Part shown: in pieces, positions 50,270-60,230 of the stretch
Layout: each line of letters opens with the position of its first letter
Position numbering within the stretch: position 1 is the first letter of the stretch
From: Thermodesulfobacteriota bacterium
Lineage (GTDB): Bacteria > Desulfobacterota > Desulfarculia > JACQYL01
Assembly (NCBI GenBank): GCA_963675595.2
Contig: CAXXLZ010000002.1
Coordinates: forward strand, 2,400,001-2,464,000
DNA length: 64,000 nucleotides
Direction of reading: 5' to 3'
Made by a program: the position numbers and the translations under genes
Notes under the pieces: generated by a model
Seen by the model: the letters and a program-made list of their open reading frames with translations, nothing else
The model's database searches: none
What the model was told of the DNA's origin: nothing

Positions 50270-50624
50270 TGTCGATACGCTATGAATGGCTCGCGAAAAA
50301 TCGCGAGCGCCGCATGGTGCTGAAATTCACAAACTCCGGCCTTCAAGGGCCGAAAACTCGTTTCAACGATACGTGCGGCTTCTGCCGCAAGCAGAGGCCA
50401 TCTTGTGTAGTCCCGGGCGGGGACTTTGTCAAGACCTTTCGCCGTTGCCGTTGAAGAGCGGTCAAGAACGAAGCAAAAAGCCGCAAATCTCATCTATACG
50501 ATTGGACGACAATAATTACTTGGCTTTCCGTCGAGTACCCACCAAAAACATGGGGGAAATCCGATCGAAACGAGATTTCCCCCAAGCATCAAACAAAGAG
50601 ACGCGAAAAGAACGCGTATCAAGG

Positions 50625-51521
50625 TCAGAATTTCAGTTTCTGCGGGGCAAGCGGCTTGCCCTGCCACCAATCGGGATCGTGGGGCGGCACAAGCTGGGCC
50701 CCCAACACGGTCATGGCTTTAAAATGGTGAATGCTGATCATCGCCTCCGGAATATCATACGCCAATCCCGGGGGTATGTCGGCGAACATGTTTTCGAGCG
50801 TATAGCACGCATCCTGCGCCAAGATCAGATTCTGTCCGCCGCTTGTCCTGACCAGAACCGACTGATGGCCCGGCGTATGACCGGGTGTGGGCAGCACGAT
50901 GACGCTCTGGTCTCCGAACACATCGAGCATGCCGTCCAGTGTCCGTATGTTGCACTGCCCCATTTTGTCGAAATCGGCGGGAATATACGCGGTTCTCTTG
51001 CCGGAAGCCACTTGTTCCTTGATATGATCCAGTTCCGCCTTCTGGAAATAGATGGGTATGTCGCTTCCCGCCAAATCTTCCAGAGCGCCGCAATGATCCA
51101 AATGACCGTGGCTCATGATGACCGCCGATAAATTCTGCGGCTTGAGCCCCAGTTTCTTGAGCTGAATTTGGAACTCCTCGTACGGCTGCATGACGGGCAT
51201 GTAGGCGTTACACACGGCCTCACCCCAGTATTTGATGGGATCGACCGCCACTGCGGCGTTATTTCCGCTGTCATAGGCCACCCAGGAGGAACCGTGCCGA
51301 ATCACGTAGAAAGGAACGGGGATATCGAAAGGCACTCCGACGCGGGTATCCTTCAGAATATACTGCGTCTGGGTCTTCAATATCCCGCATCGGAAAGCAT
51401 AGACATCCACCCCCGTCGTGGGCTCCATGGCATACGTATTCAAGACTTTGCACTGGGAGGCCCCTAAAGCGGCCGCTGCGGTACCGCCCAGCTTCAATAG
51501 ATCTCTTCTTGACAAATCCAT
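50625..51521 (-). CDS. N-acyl-homoserine-lactonase-family metallo-beta-lactamase-fold hydrolase with Tat signal
   Basis: SRRDLLK twin-arginine; PVPFYVIRH, SHGHLDHCG, DVFGD, TPGHTPGHQS, QDACY, PHD. Confidence 0.87.
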   Translation of the reverse strand: MDLSRRDLLKLGGTAAAALGASQCKVLNTYAMEPTTGVDVYAFRCGILKTQTQYILKDTRVGVPFDIPVPFYVIRHGSSWVAYDSGNNAAVAVDPIKYWGEAVCNAYMPVMQPYEEFQIQLKKLGLKPQNLSAVIMSHGHLDHCGALEDLAGSDIPIYFQKAELDHIKEQVASGKRTAYIPADFDKMGQCNIRTLDGMLDVFGDQSVIVLPTPGHTPGHQSVLVRTSGGQNLILAQDACYTLENMFADIPPGLAYDIPEAMISIHHFKAMTVLGAQLVPPHDPDWWQGKPLAPQKLKF

Positions 51522-51882
51522 CTCGCACCTCCTTCTGGTCTAAGGGATTTCAGACGAAGACAGTGAACGGAATTGTCTCGACACTCACCTCCTTTCCCGA
51601 CTTTTCGCAACGTCGTATGGGGATACTGAATCCTCATCAACCGGCGGATCGCCTCCCTCTTTACCGTCGACGAATCTTTCCGAAAAGCCCATCCGTCACG
51701 GAGAACCCGGATAAGGAGGGACACGGCCGCCGGTCGTGTCGGCATGGAACGACACTCTGCATCGAGCCGCAGTGCGGAACCCGGCGGATTACCGGGTTCC
51801 CCTTTGCTCATAAATGGAAACCGGTTAAAGGTACGTCATGGAGATACCGCCGAGCGGAACCGCCCGTCCAAAGCAACCAACG

Positions 51883-51898
51883 TGCAACGGATGTGCCG
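51883..51898 (-). promoter_or_regulatory. Candidate sigma-54 (-24/-12) promoter
   Basis: Minus strand CGGCACATCCGTTGCA: GG-N10-GC, matching YGGCAC-N5-TTGCW. Confidence 0.6.
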
Positions 51899-52828
51899 GC
51901 AGGCGCAAACAGACTCTATCTACCTGAATTTACAGGAAACGTTCAAAGAGAGATCGTGAAGATGTGAGAACCGATCCTGCGATTTCGCAAGGGCAAGAGC
52001 AACCAAAAACAGTGCCGTAAGGGCGGAAACCGCCGGATTATAAACACTTGGGAAATTCATGCATTGCCGCACGATATTGCATTTCCGCAATACACGACGG
52101 CTCGGCAATGCGCTGGACACCGCTCCCCACTTTGAACCCGGGGCAGGCGGCGGGACCATCCCCCCGCCAAACGGACCCCCGAAATCTTGTTTAAGATTTC
52201 CCTTCTGTTATAATATGTATTCTTTCGTTTCGTCTGGAAGCGACGACTTCAAGGCTCGGCAGACAGGCGCTTCCATCCGAGTCTTTCCGAACGAAAAAAA
52301 CGATCGGAGTCCATGTCGGCTTGGCCGCGCTTTGAATCGTCGCCCGTTTGAATCTCTCACCATGCAGGATGACGGATGACTCGAAGCCCTGCGTTTTTTG
52401 GGGTCCCACACTGCGTCCCGAATCAACGTCGCGCCGCACCCTCACTGCTGTTTCCTACGCCTCCCGTGCCGTTCCAGTCCCCTTCGACCGGATTCTCCAC
52501 ATGCATGAAATAAACGGATCGCCCATAAACGCTCACTCCGCAGCTTATGAACCGCAAGCATTGTTTCCGCCGTTGAACCGATACCAGGCGCCGATTAGGC
52601 ACGTTTAACCATCACCGAAAGAGGGGTCTCCTTGTACACGGCTTTCCAAGGGACGCACGGTCCCGATTTTGGAATGCCCGGTCGGGTGTATAGACTCTTC
52701 CACCGGAAAAGAGATGGGGATACGGCCCGTGAACGCGAATCGACTCTCTCCGAGACGAATTGTCGGCATTCAATGTATTGACTCTTGAACTCAAGTCCAT
52801 CACTTCGTTGTTCAATGTTGAGGCTTTC

Positions 52829-55800
52829 ATGCAATACGAATTCAAAGAACTGGTCGACGTCGCCAAATTGCAGGAATTGACGGACGAGCTCTACGAGGCG
52901 GCCTCCATACCGTCCGCCATCATCACCATGGATGGGGAAATCCTCACCGGATCGGGATGGCAGGAAATCTGTACGGAATTTCACAGAAGACACCCACTGA
53001 TTGAACGCGAATGCGTCAAGAGCGACACAATGATCAGGATGCGATTGGACCGGGGCGATCCTTTCGTCATCTATCAATGCCCGCACGGACTGGTGGACGC
53101 ATCGTCTCCCATCCTCATCGCCGGAAAGCATGTGGCTAACGTGTTTTCGGGACAAGTCTTTCTGTCCCCACCGGATGAAAGCACCGAGGAATTCTTCAGG
53201 CAACAGGCGCATAAGTTTGGTTTCGACGAAGTCGCTTACATGAAGGCGTTCAGGCAGATCCCGGTATTGACTGAGGCCAAGTTTCGATCCGGAATTTCCT
53301 TCCTCGCCAAGCTGGCTCAGATTATCGCGGAGATGGGATTCACGCGGCTCAAGGAGCTGGAGGCCACGGCCGGGCTTCGAGAGAGCGAAACGAAGTTTCG
53401 CAGTCTGTTTGAAAATATCAATGCCGCCGTGGCCCTACATGAAATCATTGCCGACGAAGCCGGTCGGCCGGTCGATTTTGTCCTTCTGGACGTCAATCCA
53501 AAATACGAAGAAATGATTCAATTAGGTGCCTCAAAGATCGTGGGAAGACGGGCAATGGAAGTCATGCCCAACCTCGCGGCCAAATGGCTGGAGCCTTTCG
53601 GGCAAGTGGCCGAAACCGGAATCCCCATCACCATCACCGATCATTCCGGTCCCCCGGACAGGTACTGGGAACTGAAGGCTTTTTCACCGGAAAAGGGACG
53701 TGTTGCCGCAGCAATCACGGACGTCACCGATCAGAAGCTGGTGGAAGCGTCGTTGCGCGAAAGCGAGACCCGCTACCGTCTGTTGTTCGACAACGCGGAT
53801 GCCCTCGTTTCCGTTTACGATCGCAACGGTATCTGCCTGTTGATGAACCGCAAGATCGCCGGTTTGTTCGGCGGAGAGCCTGCGGAGTTCCTTGGAAAGT
53901 CATTCGCGGAACTACATCCTGAAGAGGGAGACGAGTATGTAAGACGCGTTCGCGATGTCATTGAGAACGAATCCTCTGCGGAGTACGAAGATGAGGTCGC
54001 TTTTCCCCAAGGTTCCCGTTGGCTGTTTTCCAAGGTGCACCCCGTGGAGGACGCATCGGGGCATGTTTACGCCGCTCAGATCATTTCCCAAGATATCACC
54101 ATGCGTAAACGCGCGGAAGAAGAGCTCCGGAAGAGCCGTGAACGATTCGAACTCGCCATGAAATTCTCGCATGACGGTCTGTTCGATTGGGACTTCGAAA
54201 CCAACCGCGTTTACTTCTCTCCCGGCTGGAAAAAGATGCTCGGCTATGAAGAACATGAGATCGAAAATGAACTCGCCGAATGGGAACGACTCACCAAACC
54301 GGAAGACGTGCGGGATTCCTGGAGAATGCTTCAGCAAGTGATCGACGGGAAGCGGGGCCGCTTCGAAAAAGAGTTTCAAATGCGGCACAAGGACGGGCAT
54401 TGGGTGGATGTTCTTTCTCGAGCGAACGTGGTCTTCGATGAGACGGGCAAAGCGGTTCGGGCCGTCGGCACTCACGTGGATATCACGGAGCGAAAAAGGA
54501 CGGAAAAAGCTCTGGAATGGAGCGCCCGTCGAAACGAACTCCTTTCCGAGACGGCGGCCCGCCTGCTCCGGGGAGGCTCCCCTCAAGACGTGGTGGAAGA
54601 CCTCTGCCGGGAAGTCATGGACTTTCTCGACTGTCAGACTTTCTTCAACTTCCTGGCGGACCAAAGGACCGGAGGATTGCGCCTCAACGCTTATGCCGGT
54701 ATCCCCGAACAAGAGGCACGAGAGATCCACCTACTGAATTACGGTGAGGCGGTTTGCGGGTGCGTCGGTCAAGACCGTAGACGTTTGGTTTTCGAAGACG
54801 TGTCCAATTCCACCGATTGCAGACTGGACTTGGTCAAGGCCTACGGCATTCAAGCCTACTGCTGCCACCCGCTCATCATCGAGGACCGGCTCATCGGCAC
54901 CCTGTCCTTCGGCACCCACACACGCTCGCGCTTCGACTCCCAGGATTTGGAGGTCATGGAGGCGGTTTCGCACCTCGTAGCCATTGCCATGAGCCGTATT
55001 GAAACAGAGGAAGCGCTGCGAGAACGGGAAGAAAAATATCGTGGTATCTTCGATGACTCCATTACAGCCGTCTATCTATTCGACGACCGGAAACGTTTTG
55101 TCGATTCCAACAAAGCCGGTATCGATCTGCTGGGCTACTCAAAAGAAGAGTTGCTTCGCATGAGCATTCCCGACGTGGACGCCGATCCCGCTGCGGTCCT
55201 CCCGGCTCACCGGCAACTTCTAAAAGGGGATCGGCTCATCAACTACGAACATAGGCTGAAACGCAAGGACGGCGAAATCGTCACGGTTCTGAACAACTCC
55301 ATACCCATTACCGACGCCGAAGGTCATGTGGTGGGAATGCAGAGCACGCTCATCGATATCACGGAACGCAAGCGGGTGGAAAAAGAACGGGAAAGGATTC
55401 AATTGCAGCTTTCCAACGCCATGGACATGGCCAAACTGGGCCACTGGGAATACGACATTGAAAAGGACTCTTTTGTCTTCAATGATCATTTTTACAAATT
55501 ATTCGGCACCACGGCCGAGGAAATGGGCGGTTACATCATGACTTCTCAGGAGTATGCCCGTCGCTTCGTCCATCCCGACGACAGGGCCGTGGTCGCGGAG
55601 GAAACCCGAAAAGCCGTGGAGACTAAAGACCCTCGATTCAGCAGGCAGTTGGAACATCGGATGCTGTACACGGATGGAAGGGTCGGCCATATCGCGGTTC
55701 GTTTCTTCATCGTCAAAGACGTGGAGGGCAGAACCGTGAAGACCTACGGAGTGAACCAAGACATCACGGAGCAGAAAAGGAATGAGGAAAGGATCGCCCA

Positions 55801-56983
55801 GTTACAGAAGATGGAATCCATCGGTCGATTGGCCGGTGGGGTGGCCCACGACTTCAACAACATGCTGGGCGTGATCTTGGGTCACACAGAGCTGGCCCTC
55901 GATCGAACGGACCCACACCAGCCGGTCTCCTCGGACCTTCGCGAAATCCTGAGAGCCGCCCGGCGTTCCGCGGACCTCACTCGTCAACTTCTGGCGTTTG
56001 CCCGCAAACAAACCATCAGCCCGGAGGTGCTGGACCTGAACGCCACGGTGGAAGGAATGCTCAAAATGCTGAGGCGCCTCATCGGCGAAGACATCGAACT
56101 GACATGGCGGCCCGGACGGATTCTGTGGCGCGTGAAAATGGACCCCACGCAAGTGGATCAGATATTGGCCAACCTGTGCGTCAACGCTCGGGATGCCGTG
56201 CAAGGGCACGGCAAGATCACCATCGAGACCGCGAATACAAGCTTTGACGAAGCCGATTGCACGGACCGTCCAAAGTGTATGCCCGGGGATTTCGTGCTAT
56301 TGACCGTGAGCGACAACGGGTGCGGCATGGACAAAAGGACCATGGCTCATCTGTTCGAACCGTTCTTCACCACCAAAGAACTGGGAAGAGGTACGGGGCT
56401 GGGGCTCGCCACCATTTACGGCATCGTCAACCAGAACAACGGGTTCATCGACGTGAACAGCGAGCCCGGCAAAGGGAGCAGATTCAATATCTATCTACCG
56501 AAACACCACATCGAACCGGAGAGCGCACACGAAATGAACCCCGCAGCACCATCGACGGAAAGGGGGCACGAAACCGTTCTGTTGGTGGAGGACGAAGAAG
56601 CCATGCTCAAAATGGCCAAGGCCATGCTGGAAAGGCTGGGTTACAGAGTCCTGGCCGCGCAAACTCCGAAGGAAGCCTTGCGCCTGGCGAGCAACTACAC
56701 GGGAGAACTACATTTACTCATGACCGACGTGGTCATGCCGGGCATGAACGGCCGTCAATTGGCGGACCGCCTGCTCGCCGATCATCCCAATCTAAAGGTC
56801 CTGTACGCCTCCGGCTACACGGCGGACGTCATCGCGCATCACGGTGTGTTGAACGAGCGTGTGCACTTCATTCAAAAGCCTTTCACGTTGAAGGACGTGG
56901 CGGAAAAAGTGAAGGAAGCCTTGGGAAGAGCGAAAGAGGACCGCCCGATCGGCGCAGCAAATGAGGCCGTTCCCCGCGATTGA
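52829..56983 (+). CDS. Cytoplasmic hybrid histidine kinase: PocR-PAS(n)-GAF-PAS(n)-HisKA-HATPase-REC
   Basis: N-terminal LQELTD...WQEICTEFHR...YQCPHGL (PocR); AGGVAHDFNNML, DNGCGM, FFTTK, GTGLGL, LVEDE, TDVVMP. Confidence 0.9.
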   Translation: MQYEFKELVDVAKLQELTDELYEAASIPSAIITMDGEILTGSGWQEICTEFHRRHPLIERECVKSDTMIRMRLDRGDPFVIYQCPHGLVDASSPILIAGKHVANVFSGQVFLSPPDESTEEFFRQQAHKFGFDEVAYMKAFRQIPVLTEAKFRSGISFLAKLAQIIAEMGFTRLKELEATAGLRESETKFRSLFENINAAVALHEIIADEAGRPVDFVLLDVNPKYEEMIQLGASKIVGRRAMEVMPNLAAKWLEPFGQVAETGIPITITDHSGPPDRYWELKAFSPEKGRVAAAITDVTDQKLVEASLRESETRYRLLFDNADALVSVYDRNGICLLMNRKIAGLFGGEPAEFLGKSFAELHPEEGDEYVRRVRDVIENESSAEYEDEVAFPQGSRWLFSKVHPVEDASGHVYAAQIISQDITMRKRAEEELRKSRERFELAMKFSHDGLFDWDFETNRVYFSPGWKKMLGYEEHEIENELAEWERLTKPEDVRDSWRMLQQVIDGKRGRFEKEFQMRHKDGHWVDVLSRANVVFDETGKAVRAVGTHVDITERKRTEKALEWSARRNELLSETAARLLRGGSPQDVVEDLCREVMDFLDCQTFFNFLADQRTGGLRLNAYAGIPEQEAREIHLLNYGEAVCGCVGQDRRRLVFEDVSNSTDCRLDLVKAYGIQAYCCHPLIIEDRLIGTLSFGTHTRSRFDSQDLEVMEAVSHLVAIAMSRIETEEALREREEKYRGIFDDSITAVYLFDDRKRFVDSNKAGIDLLGYSKEELLRMSIPDVDADPAAVLPAHRQLLKGDRLINYEHRLKRKDGEIVTVLNNSIPITDAEGHVVGMQSTLIDITERKRVEKERERIQLQLSNAMDMAKLGHWEYDIEKDSFVFNDHFYKLFGTTAEEMGGYIMTSQEYARRFVHPDDRAVVAEETRKAVETKDPRFSRQLEHRMLYTDGRVGHIAVRFFIVKDVEGRTVKTYGVNQDITEQKRNEERIAQLQKMESIGRLAGGVAHDFNNMLGVILGHTELALDRTDPHQPVSSDLREILRAARRSADLTRQLLAFARKQTISPEVLDLNATVEGMLKMLRRLIGEDIELTWRPGRILWRVKMDPTQVDQILANLCVNARDAVQGHGKITIETANTSFDEADCTDRPKCMPGDFVLLTVSDNGCGMDKRTMAHLFEPFFTTKELGRGTGLGLATIYGIVNQNNGFIDVNSEPGKGSRFNIYLPKHHIEPESAHEMNPAAPSTERGHETVLLVEDEEAMLKMAKAMLERLGYRVLAAQTPKEALRLASNYTGELHLLMTDVVMPGMNGRQLADRLLADHPNLKVLYASGYTADVIAHHGVLNERVHFIQKPFTLKDVAEKVKEALGRAKEDRPIGAANEAVPRD

Positions 56984-57023
56984 GCAACAATTGGGAAGAA
57001 CGGACTTCCACCAGGGAGCACCT

Positions 57024-57803
57024 ATGAGAAATCAATGCCGTTTTCTCCGCTTCCAATGCACCGCAGGAAGAATCAAGAGGCTATTATGTCGTTTCAGTTT
57101 CCTTCTCTTGGGCCTAGCGACGCTTTCGTCCCTTAATGCGGCCGAGGGGAACGACAACACGAAAATCATTTCCGGAATCTTGGACGATCAGCCGCACGCC
57201 ATGGCGGAAGAGGTACTACGTGTCGCTTATGGGCGCATGGGATACAAGGTGAAGTTCGAACTCTTTCCGGGGATACGATCCTTGGAATTGGCCAACAAAG
57301 GCGAAACGGATGGGGACATTGCGCGCATCTCCGGAACTCAGAAAGAATTCCCCAATCTTCGCCCCCTGGCAACGCCCGTCATCCACATTCAGGGAGTCGC
57401 TTTCACCAAATCCGTCACCAGGAAGATCAAAATCTGGGGCGACCTAGAGGGCCTTCGGATCGGAGTAATTCGCGGCATACGTTACTCCACTATCGGGACC
57501 GAAGGCTTGAACCGATACTTCGCCGAAGATACGACCCACTTGTTCAGGCTGCTGGCGGATGATCGAATTCAGATAGCCGTTGCGGTGTTGGATGCCGGCA
57601 GAATAGAACTGCATAAGAACTTTAAAGACAGCGGAATTCATGTCGTCGGCAGCCCTCTTTACGAAGCGCCGCTGTTTCACTTCGTTCACAAGAAGAACGA
57701 GTATTTGATCGGCGATCTAAACCGAATTTTGCAGGATATGGCGGCCCATCGAGAGATTGATCGAATTCTAAATGCTGCAATGATCCGATTAATGAATAAA
57801 TGA
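57024..57803 (+). CDS. Periplasmic substrate-binding protein (family 3-like)
   Basis: Signal-like N-terminus; RSLELANKGETDGDIAR, DLEGLRIGVIRG, LFHFVHKKN. Confidence 0.75.
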   Translation: MRNQCRFLRFQCTAGRIKRLLCRFSFLLLGLATLSSLNAAEGNDNTKIISGILDDQPHAMAEEVLRVAYGRMGYKVKFELFPGIRSLELANKGETDGDIARISGTQKEFPNLRPLATPVIHIQGVAFTKSVTRKIKIWGDLEGLRIGVIRGIRYSTIGTEGLNRYFAEDTTHLFRLLADDRIQIAVAVLDAGRIELHKNFKDSGIHVVGSPLYEAPLFHFVHKKNEYLIGDLNRILQDMAAHREIDRILNAAMIRLMNK

Positions 57804-57828
57804 TCATTCTTGGGAAATATAGGACGCT

Positions 57829-60141
57829 ATGAAACCAGGAAAACGAAAAGCTACCTTTAAAAGCATACGGAAGCGCTTCATTCTCGGACTCGCTGTTGTT
57901 GTCGGCAGCATTCTGGTCGTTTTTTCAGGTATAGCCATCATATATAACACTCAATCTCTTGAAGAAAGGCTTCGCTCTCGCCTAAACACTTTGATAAACC
58001 TATCAGTTACAGGACTTTCAAGCGCCTTATGGCAATATAACTACGACTATGTGGAGGACTATATAGATTCTCTGTTTTCATACGGAGATGTTGTATTCGT
58101 TACCGTCGTTACTGATAATAACAAAACAATAACAAAAACACACAACGGCATCCAAAACCAGGACCTTGAACCCGTCACGTCGGATTCCCAACTGATGTGG
58201 AGGGAGGCGGATATTCGATACAATGACGTGGTCATCGGCCATATAAAGATCGCCTTGTCCCGCCGGCGGATCGACACATTGATTGTTGAAAACAGCGTTC
58301 TGGCCATTATGCTCCTGTTCCTGTTGCTGTCCGGAATCTTATTGACGGTATTCGGACTTTCCAAGAAATACATATTCGAACCTTTGGAGCTTTTGGAGCA
58401 TTTTGCCCATTCCATTTCGGAAGGCCGGCTCGACTCTCAACTTGAAATAGACACCAAAGACGAAATGGGACGATTGGCGCATTCCTTCAACCAAATGGCG
58501 ACGAGATTGAAATCCATTATGGCCTCTCGTGATGAATTGGAGGAAGAAATCACCGAGCGCAAACGCGCCGAGGAAGCGCTCAGGAACAGCGAGCAGCTTT
58601 TAAACGAGATGGGACGTATGGCCAAGATCGGTGGATGGGAACATGATCTCATCACGAGACAGGCCTCATGGACCAAGGAAATTTACCGTATCGTGGAGAT
58701 CGAATCCGATCCGATTCCCGGGCCGGATGAGCATCTGGCATACTATCCCCCCGAGGACCGCCGACTGCTGGAGACAGCTTACCTTCGAGCCATACAAACC
58801 GGAGAAAAGTTTGATCTTGAGCTGCGGTGCACGACCATCAAAGGGCGGCCCCTTTGGGTCCGGGCCAAAGGCCGCCCCGAGTTTGAGAACGGCGTTTGCG
58901 TCAAAATGCGGGGTACGTTCCAGGATATTACAGAACGGAAGAAGACGGAGACGGAAAAAGAGCAGCTTCAATCACAGCTTGCTCAGGCTCGAAAGATGGA
59001 GGCCATTGGGACCCTCGCAGGCGGCATCGCTCATGACTTCAACAACATTTTATCGGCCATCCTGGGCTACACCGAACTCGCTCTTACCGATATTCCCGAC
59101 GGCGTCGAAGCCAAGGAGTGCCTGGAGCAGGTGCTGAAATCGGCGGTTCGAGCCAAAAACCTGGTACGACAAATTCTGAGTTTCAGCAGGCCCGGGACGC
59201 AGGAAAGAAAGCCCATAGCATTGGGCCCGATCATCGAAGAAACCATCAAGCTGCTGAGAGCGACTCTCCCGGCAACCATTGAAATCGTGCCGGACATGAA
59301 GTCGGAGGTCGGCACGGTCTTGGCCGACCCCACCCAGATTCATCAGTTGCTCATCAACCTGTGTACCAATGCCGCGCATGCCATGCGTGAGCGGGGCGGG
59401 ATTCTCACCGTCGGGCTCGAAACCGTCGTTCCGGACAAGACGGTCCTTGCCGCACAAGCGGAACTGAAGCCTGAGCCGTATGAAAGAATGACGGTCACCG
59501 ACACCGGAGAAGGCATGGATCCCGCGACTCTCGAACGAATTTTCGAACCCTTCTTCACCACCAAGGAGGTGGGCCAGGGCACGGGCATGGGACTCGCCAT
59601 GGTTCACGGGATCGTGAAAGCCCATGGGGGAGCCGTGGAGGTTCGCAGTGAACCGGGCAAGGGGTCGACGTTTCAGATTTACCTACCGCTTACGGAGGCC
59701 CATGCCGAGGAGGCCGAATCCGCCCAACCGGCACCGTCTCCCGTTGGGGTCGAGCACATCCTTCTTGTGGACGATGAAGAGTCCGTGATGCACATCGAAA
59801 AAAGAATGCTTGAACGCCTCGGATACAAGGTGACCGCCGATACTTCCAGCACTCGGGCATTGGAGGTCTTCAAGTCCGGACCCAACGACTTCGACCTGGT
59901 ACTCACCGATCAAACCATGCCCCAAATGACGGGATTGGACTTGGCCCAAAGACTGTTCGACATTCGCTCGGACATCCCCGTGATCATCTGCACCGGGTAC
60001 AGCACGGAGATATCGCCTGAGAGCATCGGGGAAACCGGGATCAAACGGGTCCTCATGAAGCCCCTGGCGATTCGGGAGGTGGCCGAGGCCGTCAGGCGGG
60101 TGCTGGACAACCATAACAGCCGGCAGGCTGTGTCAACCTGA
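57829..60141 (+). CDS. Membrane hybrid histidine kinase: TM-sensor-TM-HAMP-PAS-HisKA-HATPase-REC
   Basis: DEMGRLAHSFNQM (HAMP), AGGIAHDFNN, DTGEGM, GTGMGL, LVDDE, TDQTMP. Confidence 0.92.
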   Translation: MKPGKRKATFKSIRKRFILGLAVVVGSILVVFSGIAIIYNTQSLEERLRSRLNTLINLSVTGLSSALWQYNYDYVEDYIDSLFSYGDVVFVTVVTDNNKTITKTHNGIQNQDLEPVTSDSQLMWREADIRYNDVVIGHIKIALSRRRIDTLIVENSVLAIMLLFLLLSGILLTVFGLSKKYIFEPLELLEHFAHSISEGRLDSQLEIDTKDEMGRLAHSFNQMATRLKSIMASRDELEEEITERKRAEEALRNSEQLLNEMGRMAKIGGWEHDLITRQASWTKEIYRIVEIESDPIPGPDEHLAYYPPEDRRLLETAYLRAIQTGEKFDLELRCTTIKGRPLWVRAKGRPEFENGVCVKMRGTFQDITERKKTETEKEQLQSQLAQARKMEAIGTLAGGIAHDFNNILSAILGYTELALTDIPDGVEAKECLEQVLKSAVRAKNLVRQILSFSRPGTQERKPIALGPIIEETIKLLRATLPATIEIVPDMKSEVGTVLADPTQIHQLLINLCTNAAHAMRERGGILTVGLETVVPDKTVLAAQAELKPEPYERMTVTDTGEGMDPATLERIFEPFFTTKEVGQGTGMGLAMVHGIVKAHGGAVEVRSEPGKGSTFQIYLPLTEAHAEEAESAQPAPSPVGVEHILLVDDEESVMHIEKRMLERLGYKVTADTSSTRALEVFKSGPNDFDLVLTDQTMPQMTGLDLAQRLFDIRSDIPVIICTGYSTEISPESIGETGIKRVLMKPLAIREVAEAVRRVLDNHNSRQAVST

Positions 60142-60230
60142 CTTCTTCAACGGCCGGATAGAAAAATCGTATGCCTTTGCGGGGTCGTCGGAACCCTTCC
60201 AACCGACCGATCCGAAACAGGGATGCGCAC

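Noticed and set aside
50270-50400. Cobalamin, SAM-I, Moco or NiCo riboswitch before the TonB receptor
   Set aside because: No B12 box or other family consensus; GGCCCUUGAAGGCCGG resembles only one SAM-I segment. Kept as an unassigned candidate instead
51522-51600. Second AGGAGGT Shine-Dalgarno suggesting a leader peptide before the lactonase
   Set aside because: Start codon spacing is poor and the putative peptide has no informative composition
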